A stretch of DNA of 64,000 nt from Escherichia phage vB_EcoM_UP17, in the sequence record LR746137. One strand, given 5' to 3'. Positions 10,200-19,134 of the stretch are shown here, in pieces (within the stretch, counting starts at the first letter, position 1; each line of letters starts with the position of its first letter). The notes beneath the pieces are model-generated. The model did not search any database. It had not been told where the DNA came from and saw only the letters and a list, made by a program, of their open reading frames with translations. The translations under genes and the position numbers were made by a program.

Positions 10200-12353
10200 A
10201 TGAAACAAGCTATATTTACTGTCACGCGAGACAAGAGAGTAAATGCGAGTTCATTTAACTACACGACTGTTGATGGAACAGCAGTCGCTGGTAGAGATTA
10301 TATTGCAAAATCGGGAACACTTGTGTTCCCTGATGATGCTGATTCTGCTACCATTGTGGTTGAAGTATTTGAACGACCAAAGAACTCAATAGATCTTAAC
10401 TTCTCCCTCCAAGTTTCAGGGATTAGTCAAAATAATATGATGGTTGAAACAACCATCAATTGTATTATAACTACTATCCAAGAAAATACCACTCCAATAA
10501 CTTGGACTACAAAAGACGTTAAAATGTTCTCTCCTATGTATTGGACAATAGATTCTCAAGCAACGGAAAGTTGTTCTATTGTATCTCATGGAGACTCTTT
10601 TACTGCAAGATTTGTAAACAGAACAACAGCAGGTTTGGCAGGGGTTATCTGGAGCACAGTTGACAAATATGACCATAAAGGTGTTGGGTATTTACCCCAC
10701 ACAGATTTAAGTTCAGAGAAACTTTGGTTTAAAATGGAAATTAGTCAAAACATGCCAGGTTTTAAAGAAGAACCTTTGGTGCCGACTTTGACTGTAACTC
10801 TCCTGGATAAAAGTGTTCATTATGTCAGTTTAGGATTCTACGCTTCAGATATTTCAGAAGATGGTAAAACAGCTACAATCAAGTTAGATTTTGGTAATAT
10901 CTTTTCTGGCCCTAATAATGATATTCCTTTGGATATGAGTGCTGTAGATAATATTTTCTTCTCTTTGATTACAGCAAGGTATGAAGAAATAGAAGAGGTT
11001 GTACCTATTGACAGTCAAGAGGCTTGGTTTACTTTCACTCTTCTTGAACCTACTTCTGGTTACAGTATGATGAAAGTCAGCAACCTTGTCCAGCCTGAAC
11101 ATGATATTCGCATGTGCACATCTTATGATGATATGTATAACCTGACTCCAGAGAGAGTTATTTATAATACATATGCACTAGGTTATCGTGGAATGATTAA
11201 CCATTACAACGGAATGTCTCACTATTATGAGTTCTCATGGAACGGAACATCTTGGGCTTTAAATAGATCTGTTTTCCTGAATCCGGCTACAGAAGCTTGG
11301 CTTAACAGTTTCCATTCTATAGCTAATGAAAATGGCTACACAATAATGAACTCTTTGAGTTTTGAGTTGATGAGCACAGTTTGTCCTGTAGAATGGGTTC
11401 AACATGATTGGAACGATGCTCTTGCAGCAACAGGTTATGAGCCGCCTAGTTATGTGTTATCTCCAACTATTGACGAAGGTATGGAATATTTGCAAAATGT
11501 TATTAATAAAATAGCATCTATTTCGCAAGCTAATAATATTCCAGTTGTCATTCAAATTGGTGAGCCTTGGTGGTGGTATAATACAGCAAGTAAAATGCCT
11601 TGCATATATGATTACACTACCAAACTGGCATTCAACACAGAAACAGGTTTATTTGCACAAGATGCAGGAACAATAGATAATTATAAAACAGGAACGCCGT
11701 TTGACGAATACTATGCATTTTTGTCTCGTAAACTAGGATTAAGAGTTACAAAGTTTGCAACAGATACTAGAGCAACTTACCCAGGAGCCAAGGTAACATT
11801 GCTTCCGTTCTTGCCATCAATTATCGGCAACGGTTTGATGGAGAAAGTTAACTTCCCGTCTGATTACTACATTCCTGAAGCTTTTGATTTTTATTGTTCA
11901 GAGTGTTACGACTGGCTTCTGGAAGGTAAAATGATGAAAGCATTCGATGCAATTACCATACCACATGAAAAATTAGGTTTTGAATATTCTGATATTCACT
12001 ATCTTTCGGGTTTTGTTCCAGATGCTACTCTTGCACCTTTGTATGGCTTCGATCCTGAATCAAACTACCGCACGTATCTTTGGAAAATGATTATAGGTAA
12101 TATAGTGTTGAACGCCAATAAGTTCAATGGGCTTACACAATATATATGGGCCTATCCTCAAATAATGCATGATTCCATCACGGTAGTTAATTCTCAATCC
12201 CAAGTTTTCTATATGGGTAATGTGCCTTTGAATTGTTATTTGCAAGATATCACTCTTAAACAGGTAAATGTTGAGATTGCCACTATAAGTGGAATTACAT
12301 TAGCCACTAAATCTGGAGAAGATTTAGTAACAACACAAAAATTTTATATATAG
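10200..12353 (+). CDS. Virion protein with N-terminal Calx-beta-like domain
   Basis: N-terminus DGTAVAGRDYIAKSGTLVFPDDADSATIVVEVFER resembles the Calx-beta motif; 717 aa. Confidence 0.45.
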   Translation: MKQAIFTVTRDKRVNASSFNYTTVDGTAVAGRDYIAKSGTLVFPDDADSATIVVEVFERPKNSIDLNFSLQVSGISQNNMMVETTINCIITTIQENTTPITWTTKDVKMFSPMYWTIDSQATESCSIVSHGDSFTARFVNRTTAGLAGVIWSTVDKYDHKGVGYLPHTDLSSEKLWFKMEISQNMPGFKEEPLVPTLTVTLLDKSVHYVSLGFYASDISEDGKTATIKLDFGNIFSGPNNDIPLDMSAVDNIFFSLITARYEEIEEVVPIDSQEAWFTFTLLEPTSGYSMMKVSNLVQPEHDIRMCTSYDDMYNLTPERVIYNTYALGYRGMINHYNGMSHYYEFSWNGTSWALNRSVFLNPATEAWLNSFHSIANENGYTIMNSLSFELMSTVCPVEWVQHDWNDALAATGYEPPSYVLSPTIDEGMEYLQNVINKIASISQANNIPVVIQIGEPWWWYNTASKMPCIYDYTTKLAFNTETGLFAQDAGTIDNYKTGTPFDEYYAFLSRKLGLRVTKFATDTRATYPGAKVTLLPFLPSIIGNGLMEKVNFPSDYYIPEAFDFYCSECYDWLLEGKMMKAFDAITIPHEKLGFEYSDIHYLSGFVPDATLAPLYGFDPESNYRTYLWKMIIGNIVLNANKFNGLTQYIWAYPQIMHDSITVVNSQSQVFYMGNVPLNCYLQDITLKQVNVEIATISGITLATKSGEDLVTTQKFYI

Positions 12354-12361
12354 GAGTAAAA

Positions 12362-14428
12362 ATGTCAACTACAATTACTAATTTACCCGAAACATCAAAA
12401 GTTAATGGTTCTGATTACCTGGTTTTAGATCAACCTGATAAGACTGTTAAAAGCACAGTTTCCAACTTTCTTACTGATACTGGGGTGGTTTTAGCCACCC
12501 AGTTGAAAGATACAAATGGAGCAGATTTAATACAATCCTCAAATGGTAATACTGTTCAGGAAGAGTTGAATAACAATCTTCTTAATGATCGTGAACAGTG
12601 GCGGCGTAGTCTTGCCGAGGCTGGGTTAACTCTTGTTGATGGTAGTTTTGAAGAAGGGGCTACAGTGGGCAGTGTAACTGATGCTGTTTGGCACATTGCT
12701 GGTGGACAGTGTTATACATGGGACGGTGCTCTCCCTAAAACTGTTCCTGCTGACTCAACCCCTGAATCATCTGGTGGGGTTGGTGGCAGGAAGTGGGTTA
12801 GTGTTGGTGATGCGTCTTTAAAGACCATGCTTTATGGGTGGCAGGGCTATTCATTCATTGACGGTGGCAACTTATCATTATACAAAAAGAAAGGTATCTT
12901 TGGTGATTCAGGAGCAATTCAAGATAAATACGAAGTAATTAAATATTCTGATGGGTTCTGGTATAAATATAACAACTCATTGCCATTCTCTTATGGTTCA
13001 GCCCCTGATTCCACTTGGACTAACGTAGGTAAGCTGAATGGTTTTGACGAGAATACCCCAGAGAATTTCGGGGCGGTTGTAAATAACAGTACGTATGACT
13101 GCCTGGATGCCATCAACAAGGCAATGGCGACTGGATTTTTACGACTCACTGCTGGTGCTACTTATTTTGTTAGCGATGAAGTTGTTATCCCATCGAATTT
13201 AGTGATGGAAACAAACGGCGCAACCATTAAAGCGATGAGTGGATATTCATGGGGCGGAAAGGCTGTAGTTCGAGCCAGCAAAAAACCAGTAGGAACATCC
13301 CCGGATCTTTCATTGCCTGAACAACAAGTTCGTGGAATTAGGCACATTGGTACATTAAATATTGATGCTAACAATGTTGCGCCTTACGGTTTTTATGGTT
13401 TTGGTGTAGTTGCAGAATCTACCACAGACATTATATATGCTTATAATGCCACAGAAGTTGGAATTGTACTTCTTGGGAGTTGGTATCATAAAGTAAATCA
13501 ATATATGGCAATTGATTGTGCACGAGGTGTATCTTTGGCACATGGTTTCTCCGGTGAAACCGGAGACGTAAACGTTAATGGTGTTGAATTTGGTGTCGTC
13601 GCTGCGTATAACACATCAAAATCTTTGTCCTATGGGTATGATCCGTATTCATCATCTTTAACCCCACAGCTCATAGGTGCCGGTGTCACTCTCGGACAAG
13701 GATTGGCATCAAGAATAGGAACATTAATAGCTGAAACCACAGCAGGCGCTGGTTTAGCTACTGTTAACGCCGTTAGTTGGTCTGTTGGTTCTATGTACTT
13801 CGGAAAATGCAGTGAAGCGCTTGAAGATAGTGCAGAGCCTGATATTGCGATATTATCAACTACAGGAAATGTTGAGGACCACGTATTTGACGTCGGTAAT
13901 ATCCATTTTGGCATAGGGACTGGTATACTGCAAAGAGCAACGGCAAGTGAGTTTCTCAACATCCAATCCATATACCGTATAGACAATAAAAAAACATGGC
14001 ATAGTTCTTCAAAAGCGTCTTCAAGTTTTGTAAATTTCGTAAACTATTACGTTCTCAATCCTTATGATTACGTTAAACCTGCCCAACTGACTACTGACGT
14101 TGGCAAAGAGGTTGTCAGTTCATCGTCAATGCTTAACTTTAAGGATTTTTCAAATACACCAAGTATACCTTTTGTATACACTGGAGGTGAGATAGCGATT
14201 CACGTTTCCATCTCTTCCGGTAGTGTAGTATCTACTGAATTCCAGGTGACTTCTGATTCAGGAATAGAATACATCACATGCACTGGCTCGCCTTTTCAGT
14301 TTAACCTTACGCAGCCGAGGACGGTAGGTAATACCTATACCGTGACGCTAGCAACTGCGCAATCGGCAGCTTCCGGTCAAGGGGCGATACATATACTGAA
14401 ACAAAAACCAAGCCAATGGCTTAGGTAA
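12362..14428 (+). CDS. Tail fiber/spike-like protein
   Basis: 688 aa, Gly/Ser/Thr-rich; position within the tail module. Confidence 0.45.
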   Translation: MSTTITNLPETSKVNGSDYLVLDQPDKTVKSTVSNFLTDTGVVLATQLKDTNGADLIQSSNGNTVQEELNNNLLNDREQWRRSLAEAGLTLVDGSFEEGATVGSVTDAVWHIAGGQCYTWDGALPKTVPADSTPESSGGVGGRKWVSVGDASLKTMLYGWQGYSFIDGGNLSLYKKKGIFGDSGAIQDKYEVIKYSDGFWYKYNNSLPFSYGSAPDSTWTNVGKLNGFDENTPENFGAVVNNSTYDCLDAINKAMATGFLRLTAGATYFVSDEVVIPSNLVMETNGATIKAMSGYSWGGKAVVRASKKPVGTSPDLSLPEQQVRGIRHIGTLNIDANNVAPYGFYGFGVVAESTTDIIYAYNATEVGIVLLGSWYHKVNQYMAIDCARGVSLAHGFSGETGDVNVNGVEFGVVAAYNTSKSLSYGYDPYSSSLTPQLIGAGVTLGQGLASRIGTLIAETTAGAGLATVNAVSWSVGSMYFGKCSEALEDSAEPDIAILSTTGNVEDHVFDVGNIHFGIGTGILQRATASEFLNIQSIYRIDNKKTWHSSSKASSSFVNFVNYYVLNPYDYVKPAQLTTDVGKEVVSSSSMLNFKDFSNTPSIPFVYTGGEIAIHVSISSGSVVSTEFQVTSDSGIEYITCTGSPFQFNLTQPRTVGNTYTVTLATAQSAASGQGAIHILKQKPSQWLR

Positions 14429-14435
14429 AACAAAA

Positions 14436-14451
14436 CCCCGCTTCGGCGGGG
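14436..14451. terminator. GC-rich hairpin (CCCCGC-TTCG-GCGGGG), weak terminator
   Basis: Perfect stem 8 nt after the stop at 14428, but the downstream tract on + is A-rich; the same core as the 3227 hairpin. Confidence 0.35.
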
Positions 14452-14661
14452 AAATTATAAAGGTACGATCAGGGACTTCATTACGATTCACACAAACTAT
14501 GTCCTGCAAGCGCATGTCATCGCCATGTGATAAAATGATGAAAACATATCGTAGCAGGGTTAATCTTGTCTTTAGTTACTATCGTACTAACTCAAAGTGT
14601 TGTCACTACCACTGCAAGCCCCTCCAAAGAGGGGCTTACTTAGAAAAACAAAGAGGTTGTT

Positions 14662-14811
14662 ATGAATGAAATGTTCTCCCAAGGCGGTATTGCCCCAGGT
14701 ATTACTGCCATTAGTTTTAGTGCTGCTGTACTTGTGCATTCAGCGGGTTCTGTAGACCTTGGGGAATTAACTGTATCTCGTGATTTAAAAAGTAATGAGA
14801 ACGCACTATGA
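14662..14811 (+). CDS. Small hydrophobic protein (49 aa)
   Basis: ATG at 14662 preceded by AAGAGG (14651-14656); hydrophobic core GGIAPGITAISFSAAVLVHSAG; stop overlaps next ATG (ATGA). Below the ORF-track length cutoff. Confidence 0.35.
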   Translation: MNEMFSQGGIAPGITAISFSAAVLVHSAGSVDLGELTVSRDLKSNENAL

Positions 14812-15050
14812 GAAAGTTTTTAATCGGAATGTTTTGTACTTATCCAAACAACAAAATCAGTTCTACTAAAGTGTGGAACGCACTGGGAATGCTAACCATG
14901 ACAGGCATGTTTATCTTTTTAGGAATAGAAAAAGAAATTCCTGAATGGATGGGTTGGGCTTTTGTTTTCATGATAACTCCTTCTCGCCTCATGAAAAATC
15001 TTATTGATTTACGCTGGGGCAGATCACAATCTACCAAAGAGGATGACTAA
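14808..15050 (+). CDS. Small membrane protein (two predicted TM segments)
   Basis: 80 aa with hydrophobic stretches MLTMTGMFIFLGI and WMGWAFVFMI; translationally coupled to the previous and next genes. Confidence 0.5.
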   Translation: MRKFLIGMFCTYPNNKISSTKVWNALGMLTMTGMFIFLGIEKEIPEWMGWAFVFMITPSRLMKNLIDLRWGRSQSTKEDD

Positions 15051-16537
15051 TGGACGAATATGGTTTGACAGATGCGGGATTTGTAATCCCGACTTTTGAC
15101 GATGTTTTAAACAATTATATGACAGCAGTAAAAAACACATTTGGTGCAGATGCAGCCACTTCGGAAGATACTGTGATCGGACAACTGTTTAGAATAATTG
15201 CATACACAGATTACACATTGTGGGAAGGTATGCAAGGTGTTTATAATACTCAAACACTGGATGGTGCAGAAGGTATTTATCTTGACGAAATCTTTTCTAA
15301 ACGCGGTTTCTATCGAGCAGGGGCAGCAGCAAGTACAGGTTATGCCTATGTTAAGAGTAATAACAAAGCAGCTTGGACTTATGAGCTAGGCACGGATATT
15401 TACTTCAACTCTGACAGTGATATGAACTACTATGTTAGCACACCAACTATGTTGAATGCTAAGATTGCAGCTTATCAAATCTCTCGTGCTAATGCAACTG
15501 CTACAGGTGTTCCAAATATTACTTTTTATGCACAAAGTGCGGTGGATGGAGGACTAAACAGTAAAACACTTGCACCTGGTTCTTCTACATTTATAACAGA
15601 TCTTGAAACTTTTATCAAGGCAAATTTAACAGAAGCTGATCGTAGTCTTGTATTTTCTGATTCAGGTAACTTATCAATTGGTTTTACTTCTTTAACCAGT
15701 GATACTCCAGTGGGACTAGTAACTCCTATCAAATTTTATGCCAGTGTTCCAGTTGGAACCAAATGGAGTGAAATTCCAGTAGTTGCAGCAGAGAAAGGAT
15801 ACAATCCTGTTGGTGTGGAGTCTATTACAGGGATATCTTCTACCTTTACAGGTTATCTTGACAGTGGTAACTTTTATTCATTTTCTCCTGGTCGGGATGT
15901 TGAGACAGACGCAGAATTCCGCTCTCGTTTCAATGACAACGTTGATGAAGCTAACGCAGGGACACGAGCAGCTATTGTGAAAGCTCTGCTACTTACAGAT
16001 GGTGTTACTAAGGTGAAGATTTATGATAACCCTACATTACATGATCAAGAACATGCTCCAGCTATGACTTTCCAGACTATAGTTTATGGTGGCAGTGCAG
16101 AAGAAATTGCAAATGTTATCTATAAAACCAAACCAATCAACACTTTGACGCACGGAACAACTAACATAACAGTTACAACAGAAGATGGAGGACAAGAAAT
16201 TATTCGCTTCTCTCCTGGTGCTTCTGCTATGTATTCCGTAAAACTTGTTTATCAAACTGTCAACGGAACAACTTTAAGTGGAACAGAAAAACAAAACATC
16301 GTAGAAGCTTTACAAAACCTGCAAGCTTACTTTGAGTTAGGTTCTTCAGTAACGAACGATCAAATCAAAGGTGTTATTTATGCAGCACTTGCTTTTGGAC
16401 GCTTGACTTCTCTTCGTGTTTATGTTAAACTTAATACTGAGGATGACAGTAAATACACAGAGAATAATATAGTTCCTGCTTATAATGTTGTCCCTTCTTT
16501 TGACCTTGATAACATTTCTTACGAGTATGGAGTGTAA
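15050..16537 (+). CDS. Baseplate J-like protein (gpJ/gp47/gp6 family)
   Basis: 495 aa; size and N-terminal region consistent with Baseplate_J; followed by an I-like gene and a fiber gene. Confidence 0.5.
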   Translation: MDEYGLTDAGFVIPTFDDVLNNYMTAVKNTFGADAATSEDTVIGQLFRIIAYTDYTLWEGMQGVYNTQTLDGAEGIYLDEIFSKRGFYRAGAAASTGYAYVKSNNKAAWTYELGTDIYFNSDSDMNYYVSTPTMLNAKIAAYQISRANATATGVPNITFYAQSAVDGGLNSKTLAPGSSTFITDLETFIKANLTEADRSLVFSDSGNLSIGFTSLTSDTPVGLVTPIKFYASVPVGTKWSEIPVVAAEKGYNPVGVESITGISSTFTGYLDSGNFYSFSPGRDVETDAEFRSRFNDNVDEANAGTRAAIVKALLLTDGVTKVKIYDNPTLHDQEHAPAMTFQTIVYGGSAEEIANVIYKTKPINTLTHGTTNITVTTEDGGQEIIRFSPGASAMYSVKLVYQTVNGTTLSGTEKQNIVEALQNLQAYFELGSSVTNDQIKGVIYAALAFGRLTSLRVYVKLNTEDDSKYTENNIVPAYNVVPSFDLDNISYEYGV

Positions 16538-16539
16538 AA

Positions 16540-17169
16540 ATGGCAGTGAGTGTTGACCATGTAACAACTTGGGCCAGTATCAATGAAGATGTTAAAAACC
16601 TTCTGATTGAAGATTTTAAATCTTCTCCTAACATTGTCAAGCTCCTCTACATCGTATCCAGTGAAAAGCAAAAGATAGATCAGGCAATGATCTATCTTGC
16701 TAAACACCGCTTGATCTCCACAGCCACAGGCAAATACCTAGATATCTTAGGAGAAGAAATGGGGATCGAACGTAATGGCTCTGATGATGAAGAGTATAGA
16801 ACAATATTAAAAATCAGGGCTTACCGCGTAGCCTCATCGGGGACTCGTGGTGACATAATTGATATCTTCGCCCGTTTCACAGGAACAGAGCGTGAAACGC
16901 TTAATACTTACGTAGGTTTGAATAAAACCTTTGATGTGTTTTTCTACAACCTGTGTCTTCAATCTGATCAAGCTTTAGAGCAGTTGCTAAGTGTTTTCCC
17001 TATTATTAGTAGCTACCGTCTTGGAGCAAAAGCAGGATCAGCTTTTGGTTTTAGTTCTTATTATGCTACCAAACCGCCTCATGGTATTGGTGGTTTAGGT
17101 TCCCTGTACATGGAATCTACTGGGGATGAAACAGGACGCATGTGTACGCTTCTCAAGCAAATAGATTAA
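16540..17169 (+). CDS. Baseplate protein (gpI-like by position)
   Basis: 209 aa immediately after the J-like gene. Confidence 0.4.
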   Translation: MAVSVDHVTTWASINEDVKNLLIEDFKSSPNIVKLLYIVSSEKQKIDQAMIYLAKHRLISTATGKYLDILGEEMGIERNGSDDEEYRTILKIRAYRVASSGTRGDIIDIFARFTGTERETLNTYVGLNKTFDVFFYNLCLQSDQALEQLLSVFPIISSYRLGAKAGSAFGFSSYYATKPPHGIGGLGSLYMESTGDETGRMCTLLKQID

Positions 17170-17178
17170 GGAGTTTAA

Positions 17179-18240
17179 ATGGCGAAGCCAATATATTATC
17201 CTGACTGGGCTACACAAACTGTAACGCTCCCAGGAACTTTAAACACAAACAAAATTAGACCTAAAGAAACCATCCGCACAGTTGGTATGGATTATGGTCA
17301 AATCATGACTTGCGAAGAAATGAACTGGATTCTTAATAATATCGGTTTATGGATTCGCTATTTGGTGGATGATTTTCTTCCAACTTTACCTAATACCTAC
17401 TTGCCTTTAGTGGGAACTAAGATTACAATGGCAGGTGATGCTACTGGTGAGGCCACTTGGAACGGTAACAAAGAAGTTACTTTATCTATCCAAGTTCAAG
17501 ATAACAGTCATAATCACTTGTCAGCAAACATTACAGATGCTACTAGTTCAACAGTAACACCAAACGTGTTGGTAAAACGTGATGCGGGTGGTGCTATTTA
17601 TGGTGGCGATGTTTATGTTAACGGTACTTCCACAACAGATCCTGCAACACTGTTCTTCAAAAACTTTGCAGGACAAACAAATGGTGAGATTTCTGCCGAG
17701 TATCAAAGCGGAGGTCAGCTTTACATCTATCGTAGAAATCCTAGCACAGGTAGTGTATCGGCAGGTGTTCGTTTATATGATGCAGGTTATGTTCTAATAG
17801 ATAATCCAAGATCGAACAGTGGACAAGATACTTCTAACGGAAATGCTTTAGTTCGTTTAGATTATCTGAACTCTCGTTTGACTTCCCTTCAGAACACATT
17901 GCAGACGAATATTAACACTGTTCAAAACAACTTGAATAATGTTAACAACAACCTCTCTTCTCGTATAAACAATGTAGAAAGTAATCATCAAAGCCAGATT
18001 ACAAATAACTACAACTATGCTAACGGAACCTTTGTAAGAGATATTCGTTATACTAGCCAAGGTGTGTATTATCCACCAGGGAACGAGGTTTCTTGGACTT
18101 ATATCTGTTCTTCTGGTTATGTTCTTTCTGGTATTATCGTACAGGAAACAGGACGTAGCTCTGCGGATAACATCGGTGGGGTTTACTTCAAACGCCTCCA
18201 GCGCAACGTTAACGGAAACTGGTACGATATTGGAGGCTAA
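17179..18240 (+). CDS. Tail fiber protein
   Basis: 353 aa, Asn/Thr/Ser-rich with coiled-coil-like NTLQTNINTVQNNLNNVNNNLSSRINNVESN; followed by a chaperone-like gene. Confidence 0.5.
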   Translation: MAKPIYYPDWATQTVTLPGTLNTNKIRPKETIRTVGMDYGQIMTCEEMNWILNNIGLWIRYLVDDFLPTLPNTYLPLVGTKITMAGDATGEATWNGNKEVTLSIQVQDNSHNHLSANITDATSSTVTPNVLVKRDAGGAIYGGDVYVNGTSTTDPATLFFKNFAGQTNGEISAEYQSGGQLYIYRRNPSTGSVSAGVRLYDAGYVLIDNPRSNSGQDTSNGNALVRLDYLNSRLTSLQNTLQTNINTVQNNLNNVNNNLSSRINNVESNHQSQITNNYNYANGTFVRDIRYTSQGVYYPPGNEVSWTYICSSGYVLSGIIVQETGRSSADNIGGVYFKRLQRNVNGNWYDIGG

Positions 18241-18786
18241 ATGATATTTACAAACTTTAAAAAATATATTCCTGAAGACCCTGAACTAAAAGAATTGGTA
18301 GAAGCAGAGAACATTCTTTTTCTTCGTTGCGATCAAGGTTACGATTGGTATGATTTACGTAGCACAGAATTCAATAACGATAAAATGAAAGTCGTTTTTG
18401 ATGATCAAAATCGTATTGTGTTTTGGAATACTGATCCTACACTACTTTGCCCTGAAGATCTTTCTATAGCACAAGTAGACTTTAATATAGATACTTTTGA
18501 GGATATTAGGAACAAGGTTCTGGATTTAGAAACCTTAACTCTTAAGGATAAAGAGTATTCCTGTGAAGAGTTGATGACACAAGCTAGTGCAAAAATTCGC
18601 TCTTTACAAGAAACAGCGGTAGCACTTATAACACCTTTACAGTATGCTAAAGATTTAGAAATGGCTACTGAAGACGAATTAGCTTATCTTAAAAATCTTC
18701 AAGTTTATGTAGTTAAACTAAATCGTGTTCCGCTTCAAAAAGACTATCCTTACGCTATAGATTGGCCTACATTACCGACAGAATAA
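18241..18786 (+). CDS. Tail fiber assembly chaperone (Tfa-like)
   Basis: 181 aa acidic protein directly downstream of the fiber gene; C-terminal ...YPYAIDWPTLP. Confidence 0.45.
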   Translation: MIFTNFKKYIPEDPELKELVEAENILFLRCDQGYDWYDLRSTEFNNDKMKVVFDDQNRIVFWNTDPTLLCPEDLSIAQVDFNIDTFEDIRNKVLDLETLTLKDKEYSCEELMTQASAKIRSLQETAVALITPLQYAKDLEMATEDELAYLKNLQVYVVKLNRVPLQKDYPYAIDWPTLPTE

Positions 18787-18795
18787 GGGATCACT

Positions 18796-19131
18796 ATGGA
18801 ATTTCAAGAAGCATGGGGACTTGCAAAGGATGCAATAATCCCTTTAATCGGAGTCATCTGGTTCTTTTTCAAACAAAAAATGGATAAATTCGGCTCTGAT
18901 CTTGAGGAAATGGAGGAGAAAAGTCGAGAGCTAGAGAAGAAGTTGGTCTTTGTTGAATCAACTTATGCAACTAAAGCCGAACTTACCCAGATGCTAAATC
19001 AAATTAACTCTACATTAATGGCAAATAATAACACTCTTGAGCAAAAAATTGAAAAGATTATGGACCTCAAGAATGCGACTATCCAAATGATGCTAGATGA
19101 CATAGTTAAACGTACACAGAATAAGGGGTAA
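18796..19131 (+). CDS. Small membrane-anchored coiled-coil protein
   Basis: 111 aa; N-terminal hydrophobic segment IIPLIGVIWFFF then charged helical region. Confidence 0.45.
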   Translation: MEFQEAWGLAKDAIIPLIGVIWFFFKQKMDKFGSDLEEMEEKSRELEKKLVFVESTYATKAELTQMLNQINSTLMANNNTLEQKIEKIMDLKNATIQMMLDDIVKRTQNKG

Positions 19132-19134
19132 TTA

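Noticed and set aside
14460-14600. Possible tRNA or small RNA in the 230-bp intergenic region
   Set aside because: No T-loop (GTTCGAATC-like) or cloverleaf-compatible segments recognisable by eye; requires a tRNA-scanning or covariance-model tool to exclude properly.
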